Positions 46,350 through 60,680 of a DNA stretch of 64,000 bases are shown here, one piece after another. The notes under the pieces are model-generated. The model made no database searches, was not told the origin of the DNA, and saw only the letters and a list, made by a program, of their open reading frames with translations. Each line of letters starts with the position of its first letter. Position 1 is the first letter of the stretch. The DNA is from Eledone cirrhosa (lineage: Eukaryota), in the NCBI GenBank assembly GCA_964016885.1, contig OZ024745.1:107880001-107944000 (forward strand). Direction: 5' to 3'. The position numbers and the translations under genes are program-made.

Positions 46350-47989
46350 TCTATATATATAAAACAGAGGATGTCTGTCTGTGTGTCTGTTTCCCTAAAA
46401 CTCGAGAAGTACCCAACCGTTTTTTTTTCAAACTTTACACATGTAACCCGTATGGCCCCGGAAGTGTTTTCAGCAAAAAAAATTTCAAATTATTCTGACC
46501 TAGGGATCGAATTAGTGAAGTGGCCAATGTCTGTACATAATGAGGGAGTGAGAGGGGAGAGAAAGAAACGAAGAGGCGAAGTGAAGAAGTGGCTCTCTAC
46601 TCCTCTTCCTCCTTCTCCCCATTCGTCACAGCGTTTTTCGATAGAGGGGAGAAATGTGAACGAGTTACAGAGAGAAAGAGTGAGAGTGAAAGAAACAGAC
46701 AGACTAAAAGAGGGGGATAGCGGGAGAGAGGGTGACAGACGCCGTCTTTTGAGAGTTGTATGCGTCAAAGATACATGACAGTGGAATAACTATTGCGTGT
46801 GTGTGTACGTGCGCGCGTGTGTGTGTGAGTTTGTGTGCGTTTGCATGCGTGAATGTGTATGTGTGCGTGAGTGATTATAAACTCTCTCACATGGTCTGAT
46901 GGAATTAACCCTTTAGCATTTACATTACTCTATATATACTATATTATTTTCATGGTGAGGCTTTATCTCACATAATATAAAAATCTCATAGATTTAATAT
47001 TATTTATTTTGAGAACAATACCTTAACCCTTTAGTATTAATGTGAGTGAGTTATAAAGAGAAAGAGTGAGAGTGAAAGAAAGAGACAGACTAAAAGAGGG
47101 GGATAGCGGGAGGGAGAGAGACGCTGGAAGAGGGGAAGGAAAGCTATATGTCTTGTTGTCTGCATTACGATACATATATACACACACACACACACACACT
47201 GATCGCGTCATAATGACGTAATGCAGACAGCCAGACATACAGACAGATATTATAAGGGCGCAACGTTATATCTATGCATCTATCTAAAAAGAAAGACTAA
47301 GAATTATATAGAGAGATCGCTAAATCGCCTAATGCGGTCCATAGGGCATTGAAAATTTGAAATATTTTTGGCTCAAAACACTCACAGGACCATAAGTATT
47401 ACATGTGTAAAGTTTGAAAACAATCAGTTGGGTGGTTCTCAAGTTTTAGTGAGCTGACAGACAGACAGACAGACATTCTCCGTTTTAGATATATAGATAT
47501 ATTTCTTTATTAGCCACAGGGGCACAAAAGAAGGGGACAAATACAAAGGGGGAAGTTTACATACAATAAAAACGTGTAAAATGTTATCACAGATGGAATT
47601 TAAAAGTTAGTCGATTTTCCCCAATAGAGGGAGACAGTTTATATGGGTAACACAGACCCCCGAAAAAAATGTGCAACCCTCATCTCCAGGAGTACGAAGA
47701 GCTTGTACTCCTTTCCTCTCCTCCTCCTTTTCCTCAACCTACAGGCTGATATAGAGAGAAGGCCCATTCACTCGGGCCATTCTCGCCACTTTCACCCACC
47801 TTTCATAAAACTTGCTGGGGTACAGCAGATAGATATATAATTATATATTCGTGTACAGATATTTTTGCATACACAATAACAAAATATAAATAAACGTATT
47901 TATTTCACGAGGCTCAATAAGGATAAATATATATCAAATATATAAGAACCCTAGAGCAAATCCCGAGTAACGCCGGGCCATTCTGCTAG
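46350..47989 (+). mobile_element. Non-autonomous Helitron with an internal inverted 5' segment and nested Tx1 fragment
   Basis: A|TC start at 46350; cccgagtaacgccggg hairpin plus CTAG|T end at 47989. Confidence 0.8.
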
Positions 47990-48179
47990 TAAAATCTAAA
48001 ATACAAGAAAAATCACTAAAAAAAAACAACAACGGATAATGACAACTGCAAAGCTGCATACTGTAAAAACAAAAAGACTCTAAAGTTAGTACAACAAAAA
48101 ATTCTAGTTGATTTGATCAATGGACAGCCTGCTCGCGAAATTAATGCGCTAGTGCTTAAGCTTTTCACAGATATGTGTG

Positions 48180-48550
48180 CTCTTAACGTAGACTATTGAC
48201 AAAGTGTTATGCAAGAGACTTGACGGATGTTATACGAGGATGCTGGGAATGGCTCTCAACATTTCTTGGAAACAGAAGCTGACAAATAAGGAACTATACA
48301 GATCATTACCACCAGTCTCAAAAAAAAAGTTGCCTGCAGACGAATGAAACTGGCTGAGCACTGCATCCGTCATCCAGAAGAGATAGCATCACAACTTGTG
48401 CTCTGGAAACTGACGGTCGGGCGAAGAAGCGTGGGAAGACAGGCCGTCTCATTCATTGATGCCCTGCTGAAAGATACCAACATTGATAACATCGATGAAC
48501 TGAGAAATGTCATGCTCGACTGGGACGATTGGAGAGAGCGTGCTGAAGAA
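48180..48550 (+). pseudogene. RTE-clade LINE 3' fragment
   Basis: DGCYTRMLGMALNISWKQKLTNKELY...RRMKLAEHCIRH...LVLW...GRRSVGR...DWRE. Confidence 0.8.
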
Positions 48551-49499
48551 GAAGTTGACGTAATTCTAGGGGAGATTCAGCGTGGCATATAGTGTAACAC
48601 GGCTGACACTTTCAATTATAGGCACAACTGATTTTATTCACTTGGGTGAAATGGTATAACTTGAAATAAAATGTCTTGCTCAAGGACAACAACGCGAAAT
48701 GTGTCCAGGAATTGAACTGACGACATTACGATTGTGAGTTGAACACCTTATTCACTAAACCACGCTCCTACACATCTAGGATTACATCAATGGTAAATTG
48801 AGTGCTAACCTACTTGATGTAGCAAGCGAAGAACTTGTAATTCATTAAAATAATGCATTTAGTGATGATAATAATTATTGTCTAAATGACTAATTCTGGA
48901 AAAAATGTCAACAACGATATATTATTTAATTAAATGTGGCATGCAGTTTTCGGTTGAATCTGATATGTTTCGCCCTTTTTTAATCCTCTGCGACGAATCC
49001 TCCGTTACTGTAGATGTTTGATGGTTAATAATATGTACCCCATCCACGCCTGGTCAAGACTGACCATGGGTTTGCACTTGGAAATGTTCCTTTCGAAAGT
49101 GTACGCGAGGACAAGCTGTTTTGTGGAAGACCTATAATCGCATATGCATTCCAGTCAACATTCTCCGCACAGCCGATGTTGTCCAAGGGAAAAGCAAAGA
49201 TCAATACAGTTTGACATTAGTGTCATAGCATCTCATTTTTTTTTTTTTGTTTTCAGCTTTGTCAACTGGAATAACAGTAAATAAAGTGTCTTGATAAATG
49301 GGGCAACGTGCGGCCAGTTTCGAAAAGCGAACTCAGGACCATACGATAGTGAGCCCAAAATTCTAATTACTAGGTCACGTGCCTTCACGTGAAAAGAGAA
49401 GTACTTATATGTTTCATTCAGTTCTTATATTTTTATTACAGTATAGATGATTATAGAGACAAACGGAGATTGAGAGATTGGGATTGAAAGAAAGAGAGG

Positions 49500-49593
<94 letters not shown>

Positions 49594-50065
49594 AGACAGA
49601 AAGAGAAAGAAAAAGAGAAAAAGAGAGAGAAAGGAGAGAGAGAGAGTAACTTGGTTGCTATTTTTAGCATGTGGTGCGGACTACTTGGAGGCCCCTCCTT
49701 AGATTGTTTGGTAATTGGATATGTTGGATGGTGGGAATGGTGATTGCGTGGAGCGAGAAGAGAGGAAATGGGGTACAATGAGAAACTGTGAGTTTGGTGT
49801 GAAGAAAAATTGGTTCACCAATGCCTTGAGTTCTCCACATGTTAATATAATCTACGGCAACAGCTTAATCTAAGGATTAATGAGACTCCGCCTCTCTGTC
49901 AACGTAAGACGAACTGGAACTCAACTTGTCATTCATAATTGTTCGCAAAAAGACCTTCCTACGACATTATCTGCGCCTGTCTGAAAGTAGACGTACGTGT
50001 AGGTGCGTGTATGCGAACAAGAGTATTTGCTACTTGTTACGCATTCCTAATAACTTATCTGTATA

Positions 50066-50103
<38 letters not shown>

Positions 50104-50290
50104 AACCAGTAAGACCCCGACGGCTGAGCTCAAGCCGTTTCGACGGCTAATTCAGTCCAGAATTAGCCGTCGAAACGGCTTGAGCTCAGCCGTCGGGGTC
50201 TTACTGGTTCCTATTACCCACTCTACTACCCTAAGTATTGAGTACTTTGGTGCGTTATGGTCCACCTGGTTCCTTACCACATTTCCTTCG

Positions 50291-50354
<64 letters not shown>

Positions 50355-50362
<8 letters not shown>

Positions 50363-50909
50363 ATAAAAAAATAATGAATAAAACAATGAAACAGTTCCTT
50401 ATATTAAACAAAAAAAGTTCATTATTTAACGATCGTTTCTAGGATATATATGTGTTAGAATTGGCATGTATATTCAACAGATCTATGTACAAAATTATAC
50501 AAAATTATACAAACTATCAAAATTAAATATACATACCAACACATATATATACCATCTTCAGAAATAATATTTCTGAAGACGGCATATATATGTGTTGGTA
50601 TGTATATTTAATTTTGATAGTTTGTATAATTTTGTATAATTTTGTACATAGATCTGTTGAATATACATGCCAATTCTAACACATATATATCCTAGAAACG
50701 ATCGTTAAATAATGAACTTTTTTTGTTTAATATAAGGAACTGTTTCATTGTTTTATTCATTATTTTTTTAATATTTTATCTTGACTCTGTATTCCGTTTA
50801 TCTTTCACCGAAAGTGATTTTTCATTGCATCTCTTCTTTCCATGATATCCGGATTATATTGAGTTCTTCATACGATTGGACACTACCGTAAACTCTTGGT
50901 AGATTTATC

Positions 50910-50915
<6 letters not shown>
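50355..50915 (+). mobile_element. Fold-back element in (TA)n carrying a long-stem-II hammerhead
   Basis: Palindrome 50355-50779 with apex ~50567; tattt CTGAAGA [115 nt] GAAA CGATCG TT aaata at 50568-50711. Confidence 0.8.
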
Positions 50916-50987
<72 letters not shown>

Positions 50988-51563
50988 GGAAAAGAGTCAG
51001 GGTCCCTACGGCTGAGCTCCAGTCGTTTCGACAGCTAGATCCTATTACCCATTACCCACTCTACTACCCTAAGTATTGAGTACTCTGGTGCGTAATGGTC
51101 CACCTGGTATATTACTACACCCTCTTTGTTCTTTGTTATATATATATATTTCTACGGACTAGGGTGAAGAAATACTGTATATATTTTATCTAATAATTCT
51201 TCAAACTTGCAATGTTATATATAGCTCTGATTAATAATTATTTGCTTAATTAAATTTTTCATTGAGCCACACCGTGAAAGGTAGCCACACTCATATATGT
51301 ATCTGTGACTATGTCTAAATATATGTCTAAATATATACATATATCTCTATGAATTCATTATATACTCCCGTTCGGTAGAGTAAACATTAGGCGGTATCTG
51401 ACTGCTCTTTCTAGCAGCCAACCTACCTGCCACCTGGACACCATTTACAACATTCTACTTTGACCGCTAGCCACGTGATGATTCTTAGCCATTTTGAATT
51501 CATTTCTGGCGGAAATTTTGGCGGAATATATATATATTTTATCTAATAATTCTTCAAACGTGC

Positions 51564-51617
<54 letters not shown>

Positions 51618-52353
51618 TTTTTTTTTCTTCATGTACTGTGTCATTTGCTTTATTTGTATATATGTATGTATGTATGTACGCACTTATGCATTTATGTACG
51701 TACACGGATTAGCTATAACACAAATATCATTTGAGTATAAATAATATTTTTATGGATAAATTAAAAATAATATTAATTTAGGTCACTGATGTAAAGAAAA
51801 TATTTATAGCATTTGTTGGAGTCTCCCAAATACAAGTGGAGATAGAATTGCAATAAATTTTGAATTAATTTCATAGAAAGTTGAATTTCATCCTTAAATT
51901 GGGAAATCCGATCTTTATTAGCAAGCAAGTAGACAACTTTCTTAGAACTCATCAGAGAAGCATAAACAGCGTGTGGACCCACATTTGCTTATAAAAGTGA
52001 GAGATAGGGAAAGCGGGAAAGACGGGGGTGGTAACAGTGGGAGTTTGGTTCCTTTGTGCTCGAACCTGGTGTATATGTATATATTAAATTACCACACCAC
52101 ATATACATACATATATCTATATATTACTAAATTCTGTGATTGCTTGCTTGCTTCTCTGTAATGTAATACAGCCAAAAGCGTGCATAATGGGAAAATACTT
52201 TGAAAGGAAGTTGACCCTGAAATGGGAATACAAATTAAATAAAACAAGTTTCGCGTAAATCGGACCACGGGTTCCAGAGATATGGGTTTTTTCGGGAGAG
52301 AGAGAAAGACATAGAGAGAGGGAGAGGAGACAGAGAAGGAGAATGGAAGAGAG

Positions 52354-52417
<64 letters not shown>

Positions 52418-53001
52418 GGTGGTGTTGTTGTGTATATATATATATATATATATATATGAAAAGTGTAATTTTCTACGCAAAGCGAAGGTTATAGAGAAAA
52501 TTGAGGTTGGTAATGGCACATGGAATATATAAGAGACAGAATACTTTTTTGTGAAAAAACATAATTTTATAAGGTAAGGAAATAATAAAGGGTATAAAAA
52601 ATGACCGGTTTCGATGGGTCTGCAAAAGCCATCTTTTCAAATGTTGATTAATATTAAGAAAAATTAATAATACGAAGAGTTAAAATTTGAGACTTGAAAA
52701 TTCAAGTATAAAATTCATTGTGGGATTTCATAGCAGTTTTCATCTTGGTAGCAACAACAGGTTGACTGCTGTGTCCCTTTCTGGTAGTGAATGAGAAGTT
52801 ATTTGGGGTGTGGGTTATTTTATAAAGGTCAGATTTAGCAATCACCAACTGGCCAGCTGCTGGTCAGTGAGGGGGTGGAAGCAATATACATACACATATC
52901 TTCCTGTGATGGGTAGGAGAGTGGAGCGTGATAGAAAGGGATTTAGTGCACTTACACCTATATATACACACATACCTTCATCCACACATACATACATATA
53001 C

Positions 53002-53048
<47 letters not shown>

Positions 53049-53117
53049 CACACATACATACACACACACATACATATACATACACACATACACACACACA
53101 CATATATATATACACAT

Positions 53118-53172
<55 letters not shown>

Positions 53173-53211
53173 TATATATACATACACATACATCCAGATA
53201 CACACATACAT

Positions 53212-53293
<82 letters not shown>

Positions 53294-53831
53294 CCCCACA
53301 CATACATACACACACACACACATATATATATACATACACACATACAAACATACACACACACACACACATATATATACACACACATATACACACACATATA
53401 TATACACACACACACACACACGCACACACAATACATACATCCACATGCACACACATACACACACACACACATATACACATACATACACCCACACACAGAG
53501 AAATGGTCTTCAAATATATATATATATATATACATACAGACACATATATTTTTTCCATAATATAAGAAGTTGGGGCAGTGAAATTAAAATACAAGTCATT
53601 CTGATCACATTGAGTTCTTCATGTAGATTGGGCCCCGCAACCGACAGTGGTGAATTCTGTGTGCGCATATATATATAGATATATGTGTGTGCACGTGCAG
53701 GGTTTAACATGGATGTGTTGGTCACACAAAGGCATGGTCTGTCAATGAATAAACCTGATTCTACAGAATTGGTCTCTGGTCTTTAATAGTAGTGATTCCG
53801 TGCGTATGTGTGTTTATATTTTATGACAATT

Positions 53832-54329
53832 CTATTGGGGTGATAACCCGTTTAGTTTTGGTTTAAATTTGTTAAGGAATAGATTTTCTTTGTTTATTCT
53901 TTGTTGCTGTGTGAACGAATCTGAGCACTTGTAGAAGGGGAAGATTTTAAAGTTGGGTAGTGTCATTCCTGCGCAGTTCGCAATATGGCTGCTCAAGGGG
54001 ATTTTTCTTGTGTTAGCGTCCCGGATTTGTTGGCGGTGGATGGTCATTCTTTTGCGTAATGAGGTGCCCGTCTGTCCTATGTAGTTGTGTTTGCACCCAC
54101 CGCAAGTTATTGCGTAAATCAAGTTCTCCGAGTTGCAGGTGAAATTGTTTTTTACTGTAAATGTTTGGCCATCTTTGAATGTAAATGTTTGTCCTTCAGT
54201 GAGGTAGAGGCACGTTCCACAGTTTGTTCTACCACATTTGGTAACTGTAGGGTTGAGGATTGGTTTGGGTATATTTGGTCCAGTGAGAATGCGTTTAAGT
54301 GATTTGGGTTGTCTTTTACTTTTAAGGAT
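53832..54329 (-). CDS. Inverted duplicate of the linker and GIY-YIG coding region
   Basis: Identical peptide from ILKSKRQPKSL to GLSPQ*. Confidence 0.85.
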   Translation of the reverse strand: MLKSKRQPKSLKRILTGPNIPKPILNPTVTKCGRTNCGTCLYLTEGQTFTFKDGQTFTVKNNFTCNSENLIYAITCGGCKHNYIGQTGTSLRKRMTIHRQQIRDANTRKIPLSSHIANCAGMTLPNFKIFPFYKCSDSFTQQQRINKENLFLNKFKPKLNGLSPQ

Positions 54330-54337
54330 GTCTTTTA

Positions 54338-55347
54338 CGTTTAAAAACATGATAAACAACATAGATAATAACATACAATTCACAATGGAATCCAATCCTA
54401 AGGAATTAGCCTTCTTGGATATTCTCATCTCTGTAATAGACGGGAAATTAGATACAGATATATTCTATAAACCCACAGATTCCAAGCAATACCTCTTTTT
54501 CACATCAAGTCACCCAAAACATACAAAACTTAACATTCCTTACAATTTGGCCAAACGTATATGTACCATAGTATCAGATCCACCTAAACGGGAGCAAAGA
54601 CTAAAGGAACTAAAAGACACCCTTATCTTAAGAGCCTTTCCACTTGAAATAATCAACAATGGAATAGACAGGGCAAAACACCTAAATCCCCATCAACTTA
54701 ACAATCCAAAACAGAAAACCACACTCAACACCCTGCCATATGTATCCACTTTCAACCCCAGAAATACCGAAATGTTTGATCACCTACACAAAAACCTCCC
54801 CATCCTACTTAAAGATGTAAAAATGAAGTCTATTCTTGAAACACACAAGATCCTTAAAAGTAAAAGACAACCCAAATCACTTAAACGCATTCTCACTGGA
54901 CCAAATATACCCAAACCAATCCTCAACCCTACAGTTACCAAATGTGGTAGAACAAACTGTGGAACGTGCCTCTACCTCACTGAAGGACAAACATTTACAT
55001 TCAAAGATGGCCAAACATTTACAGTAAAAAACAATTTCACCTGCAACTCGGAGAACTTGATTTACGCAATAACTTGCGGTGGGTGCAAACACAACTACAT
55101 AGGACAGACGGGCACCTCATTACGCAAAAGAATGACCATCCACCGCCAACAAATCCGGGACGCTAACACAAGAAAAATCCCCTTGAGCAGCCATATTGCG
55201 AACTGCGCAGGAATGACACTACCCAACTTTAAAATCTTCCCCTTCTACAAGTGCTCAGATTCGTTCACACAGCAACAAAGAATAAACAAAGAAAATCTAT
55301 TCCTTAACAAATTTAAACCAAAACTAAACGGGTTATCACCCCAATAG
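54338..55347 (+). CDS. 5'-truncated PLE ORF: RT C-terminus/thumb, Cys-rich linker and GIY-YIG endonuclease
   Basis: IQFTME..LAFLDI..TDIFYKPTD..YLFFTSSHPKH; CGRTNCGTC; NLIYAITCGGCKHNYIGQT..LRKRMTIH..E; uninterrupted. The first ~33 aa of the supplied ORF are antisense of the left arm. Confidence 0.92.
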
Positions 55348-55750
55348 AATTGTCATAAAATATAAACACACATACGCACGGAATCACTACTATTAAAGAC
55401 CAGAGACCAATTCTGTAGAATCAGGTTTATTCATTGACAGACCATGCCTTTGTGTGACCAACACATCCATGTTAAACCCTGCACGTGCACACACATATAT
55501 CTATATATATATATGCGCACACAGAATTCACCACTGTCGGTTGCGGGGCCCAATCTACATGAAGAACTCAATGTGGTCAGAATGACTTGTATTTTAATTT
55601 CACTGCCCCAACTTCTTATATTATGGAAAAAATATATGTGTCTGTATGTATATATATATATATATATTTGAAGACCATTTCTCTGTGTGTGGGTGTATGT
55701 ATGTGTATATGTGTGTGTGTGTGTATGTGTGTGCATGTGGATGTATGTAT

Positions 55751-55781
<31 letters not shown>

Positions 55782-55955
55782 GGGTATCTGGATGTATGCG
55801 TATGTGTATATATATATATATATATGCGTGTGTGTGTGTGTGTGTGTATATATATGTGTGTGTATATGTGTGTGTATATATATGTGTGTGTGTGTGTGTA
55901 TGTTTGTATGTGTGTATGTATATATATATGTGTGTGTGTGTGTATGTATGTGTGG

Positions 55956-56045
<90 letters not shown>

Positions 56046-56084
56046 ATGTATGTGTGTATCTGGATGTATGTGTATGTATATATA

Positions 56085-56139
<55 letters not shown>

Positions 56140-56208
56140 ATGTGTATATATATATGTGTGTGTGTGTATGTGTGTATGTATATGTATGTGTGTGTGTATG
56201 TATGTGTG

Positions 56209-56249
<41 letters not shown>

Positions 56250-56605
56250 GTATATGTATGTATGTGTGGATGAAGGTATGTGTGTATATATAGGTGTAAG
56301 TGCACTAAATCCCTTTCTATCACGCTCCACTCTCCTACCCATCACAGGAAGATATGTGTATGTATATTGCTTCCACCCCCTCACTGACCAGCAGCTGGCC
56401 AGTTGGTGATTGCTAAATCTGACCTTTATAAAATAACCCACACCCCAAATAACTTCTCATTCACTACCAGAAAGGGACACAGCAGTCAACCTGTTGTTGC
56501 TACCAAGATGAAAACTGCTATGAAATCCCACAATGAATTTTATACTTGAATTTTCAAGTCTCAAATTTTAACTCTTCGTATTATTAATTTTTCTTAATAT
56601 TAATC

Positions 56606-56653
56606 AACATTTGAAAAGATGGCTTTTGCAGACCCATCGAAACCGGTCATTTT
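56606..56653 (+). ncRNA. Hammerhead with U3-A8 core in the PLE pLTR (mirror copy at 52598-52645, -)
   Basis: aacat TTGAAAA gatgg-cttttgcagac-ccatc GAAA CCGG TC atttt. Confidence 0.7.
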
Positions 56654-57070
56654 TTATACCCTTTATTATTTCCTTACCTTATAAAATTATGTTTTTTCAC
56701 AAAAAAGTATTCTGTCTCTTATATATTCCATGTGCCATTACCAACCTCAATTTTCTCTCTCTATATATATATATATAATACAATATATTAACAAATGGAA
56801 ACTATATTTATAAAATCATATTTATTTCATTATACATATTTCAAGGACACCAAAGCAAATTATGGTGCGCTTTCATCAGATAAAATATAATATAGATCAG
56901 TTTTATAAACAAATATTGACATACCCTTAAAGAATGCGACCATGTCGGTTTTATAAATATAGTTTCCATTTGTTAATATATTGTATTTTTACTCCAATAA
57001 TTTGTTGAGTGATTTATATCAGTTATAAAAATATTTGCTTGTTGTATCCCAACAAATTAAATATAACTTC

Positions 57071-57161
<91 letters not shown>

Positions 57162-59359
57162 GTGTGTGTGCGCGCGTGTGTGTGTGTGTGTGAGTGAGTG
57201 TGTGTGTATATATATGTTGTGTGTGTATGTGTCTATGACCAGTGTATATAGATGACAGACACCCACATATATATATATACACACACACACATATATATAT
57301 ATACACCCACACACATATGTATACACACACACACATTTATATATATATATATATACATACACACATGTATATATATATTCATTTCACATTATATACATGT
57401 CTGTGTATATTTGAACAATTTAAAAATGATTAAGTGAACATCATTTTTGTAAAATATTTCGAAGTGAACGTGATGCAACATCGGCGGGATTTGAACTCAG
57501 AACGTAAAGGGCCATAACTCTATGCCTCAAAGCATGTTGTTCGACGCTCTACCGATACTACCAATACTGGTCTAGTATACAATAATAGTCTCATTGTCTT
57601 GCTGATGTTTAGAACGAAACAAACGTTATATCTAAACTTGTTATACTTTACTGTAGGCTATCTACCGGTAAAGAGAAGGGAAAATTCAATTAATATTCAC
57701 ATTTCGAACATTAAGCAGTCCATCATGCGGGTATATGTAGCCGAATTCCATTCGGATATCTTTCATTTGCTCTCCAACTAAAGGTTTCAGCTGTGTTTTA
57801 TACACACCCAGCTACAAGAGACACTATCGTGCCTGGATATATAATATATGTTGATTTTAATGTCTTGTGTTATTTGTTTCTATTTAGTTAGTGTGTTGAA
57901 CGTAATGTTGATTTATATTCTTTTAGAACATGCTTTGCAGCATGGGTTATGGCCCTTTATATAGTCTGAGTTCAAATCCCGCCGAGGTTAACTTTGCCTT
58001 TCATCTTACCGGGTCGATAAAATAAAGCACCAGCAATGAACTGGGATAATTGTTGGCCTTGTGCCAAAGGTAAAACCAATTATTTATTAAGGTGGATTGG
58101 CAGAATCGGTAGAGCGTCAGAAACCATTATTTGCAGCATAAAGTTATGGCCCTTTATGTTCTGAGTTCAAATCCCGCCGAGGTTAACTTTGCCTTTCATC
58201 CTTACGGAGTCAATAAAATAAAGCACCAGTAATACACTGGGATAATTGCTGGCCTAGTACCAAAAGTAGAAACAATTATTTATTAATTCCGTTTAATGAG
58301 TTCTTTGGTAGACCTCTTGATGAAAATATTCTCGTTGTGTTTAAAGAAAATTCTATAAATATATGCGTGTGTATACATAGATACACAAAGTCAACCAAAT
58401 CACTACCAAGACTAGTGACCTATTTTTTCACACACTAAAAATGTTACTTCACCCTCGAAAAGGTTGCAGAACACACAAGCTGAAACCGCTTGGCACCGCG
58501 GTTGGGATTTTACATATCTTTCTATCTCTCTCTATATATGTATAAATATACGTGTGTGTGTGTGTATTTATATATATTTATATATACACGCACACATACA
58601 CACACACACATATATATATATACATATACATATATATAAACATACACACATATTTACATACATTTGATTGGTCACGTTCATTTGTATGTGTTAGTGATTT
58701 TATGTAGACACATGCATACACTTACAGACACACATGCACACACACACACATACACTCACACATACACACACTCACACACACACAAACACACACACGAACA
58801 TTATTTTCTTATTGCTTGCTACACCTCTCAGTAGAACCCCTCTTCCCCAACGCCGTCAACTTTGTTTATAATTCCAATCAATGCCATCGTTCATTCCTTT
58901 ACTGAGATCGTTTCTCCGCTACTCCGCTTGGGTGGTCTTTGTCGAATTTCAACCACCTGGACAAACAAATTCCCTTAATAAGATGTCTTAGGGATCGGAG
59001 GAGGCAGGGGAACTGGGAAGAAAAATGTTAAGATGAGGAGAGGGAAAAGACGAGTGGGGCGACGAAATAAGAATTGGGGTAGAATATAGGTTAAGGTTGG
59101 GTGATGACTAGCTGTTTAGCATAACTCAACGGTATATATATTATAAAATATGTGGATATACGAAACAACAGAGTCTCTATGTGGTCGAACCGCTAACAAT
59201 AGCAGCCAATTTTTTTCTTAACTCTTAAGACCACGTACTACAAGAGACCGCATTAACAAGACAATCTAAAATATTACAAACCAGCACTAGAGTTATATCA
59301 CATGAGCATTTAAAAGATTTTAATCTATTACAACATATTTTATTCACAACAATCTATCC

Positions 59360-59623
59360 GGGCCGGACGCGCAATTAATACTACTTTTATACAAATAAGT
59401 AATCATTTATTTATCCCTTATGTTAGATTTGAAACAAAGTTCAATATTGATACTTAGAGCTGTCCCAAGCAGAAAAATACATTTAAACATTGTTTTATTC
59501 GGCAATATCGATAGACCGGGTGCGAATTTATTGCAAACTGTACCCTTTTTAGAACCCTCGCGGGCAGGATAAAGGCCTTCGCGAGCCGGATGTGAACCGC
59601 GGGCCGGTGGTTGGGGACCCCTG
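59360..59623 (-). mobile_element. hAT-type (Charlie-like) transposon end
   Basis: Terminal CAGGGGTCCCCAAC on the minus strand with subterminal GGCCCG repeats. Confidence 0.55.
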
Positions 59624-60526
59624 TATTACAACAATGATTTATCCACAAATAAAAATACTTTTAAATTATTGAATTGACAAAGCTGTTGTTGAGAGGTAAA
59701 TTGGCCCCTACTGTCTTTAAAAAAATTAATAACGACTACATTCGATAATATTCTTTCTACTTTAGGCACAAGACCAGCAATTACCCCCAGTGCATTACTG
59801 GGACTTTATTTTATCGACTCCGTAAGGATGAAAGGCAAAGTTAACCTCGGCGGGATTTGAACTCAGAACGTAACGGGCCATAACTCTATGCCTCAAAGCA
59901 TGTTGTTCGACGCTCTACCGATACTGCCAATCCGCTCGATAATATACTATAAAATATATGATGCCTGAAAAAATATAGTCGTGATGGTCATGGCTGACAC
60001 ATTGTTTTTATTATAGATCTACTCAAACAGAGTTGACCAAGGACAAATACAAGGATTAAGCAAAAATACAACTACGAGGTAATGGGTGTCATTCCATATC
60101 AATTATGGACTAACTGCGACCCGTTCGGCTATCTGAATGGCACGCCCATACCTGTTTTATATGGTTGCTCGTGTTATTAGATATAACGGTCAAAATTTCT
60201 CCTAAATTCCACCCTGCTGTCATTCAAATAAATAAAAGATCACATTAGATAATGTAGTCGTAGATATTACACAAAATACTGGATGGTCATGTTTAGAATG
60301 CTCAATCAGGGATGACAGACATTTAAACAATAACACCAACATATCAATTTGAATTTCCGAGTTCTCTCCCTTGCCTTCTTTGACGAGAAATGTCATTAAC
60401 GCTAATGAGTTTTCTTATCATATCCCGCCGATGTTAACTTTGCCTTTCATCCTTACGGGGTCGATAAAATAAAGTACCAGTAATGTACTGGGTAATTGCT
60501 GGCCTTGTGCCTAAAGTAGAAACAAT

Positions 60527-60620
<94 letters not shown>

Positions 60621-60621
<1 letters not shown>

Positions 60622-60680
60622 TAGCTAAACTACCCGTCCTTTGGACGGTTCAAGTAGCTTTCGATATAGCTCATTAAACT
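60621..60680 (-). mobile_element. Helitron-like 3' end
   Basis: Minus strand ccgtccaaaggacggg hairpin followed by CTAG|T. Confidence 0.5.

Larger units (their letters stand above)
52458..56762. mobile_element. Neptune-like Penelope element as a 4.3-kb fold-back in (TA)n
   Basis: Arms 52493-54329 and 54848-56758 are inverted copies; the spacer is unique RT-thumb coding sequence; there is an HHR near each outer end. Confidence 0.9.

Noticed and set aside
51925-51960. CTGATGA-gttctaa-GAAA on the minus strand
   Set aside because: No stem I, II or III pairing, so probably a chance match
54238-54337. N-terminus of the supplied 369-aa ORF
   Set aside because: It is antisense read-through of the inverted arm, not a real start
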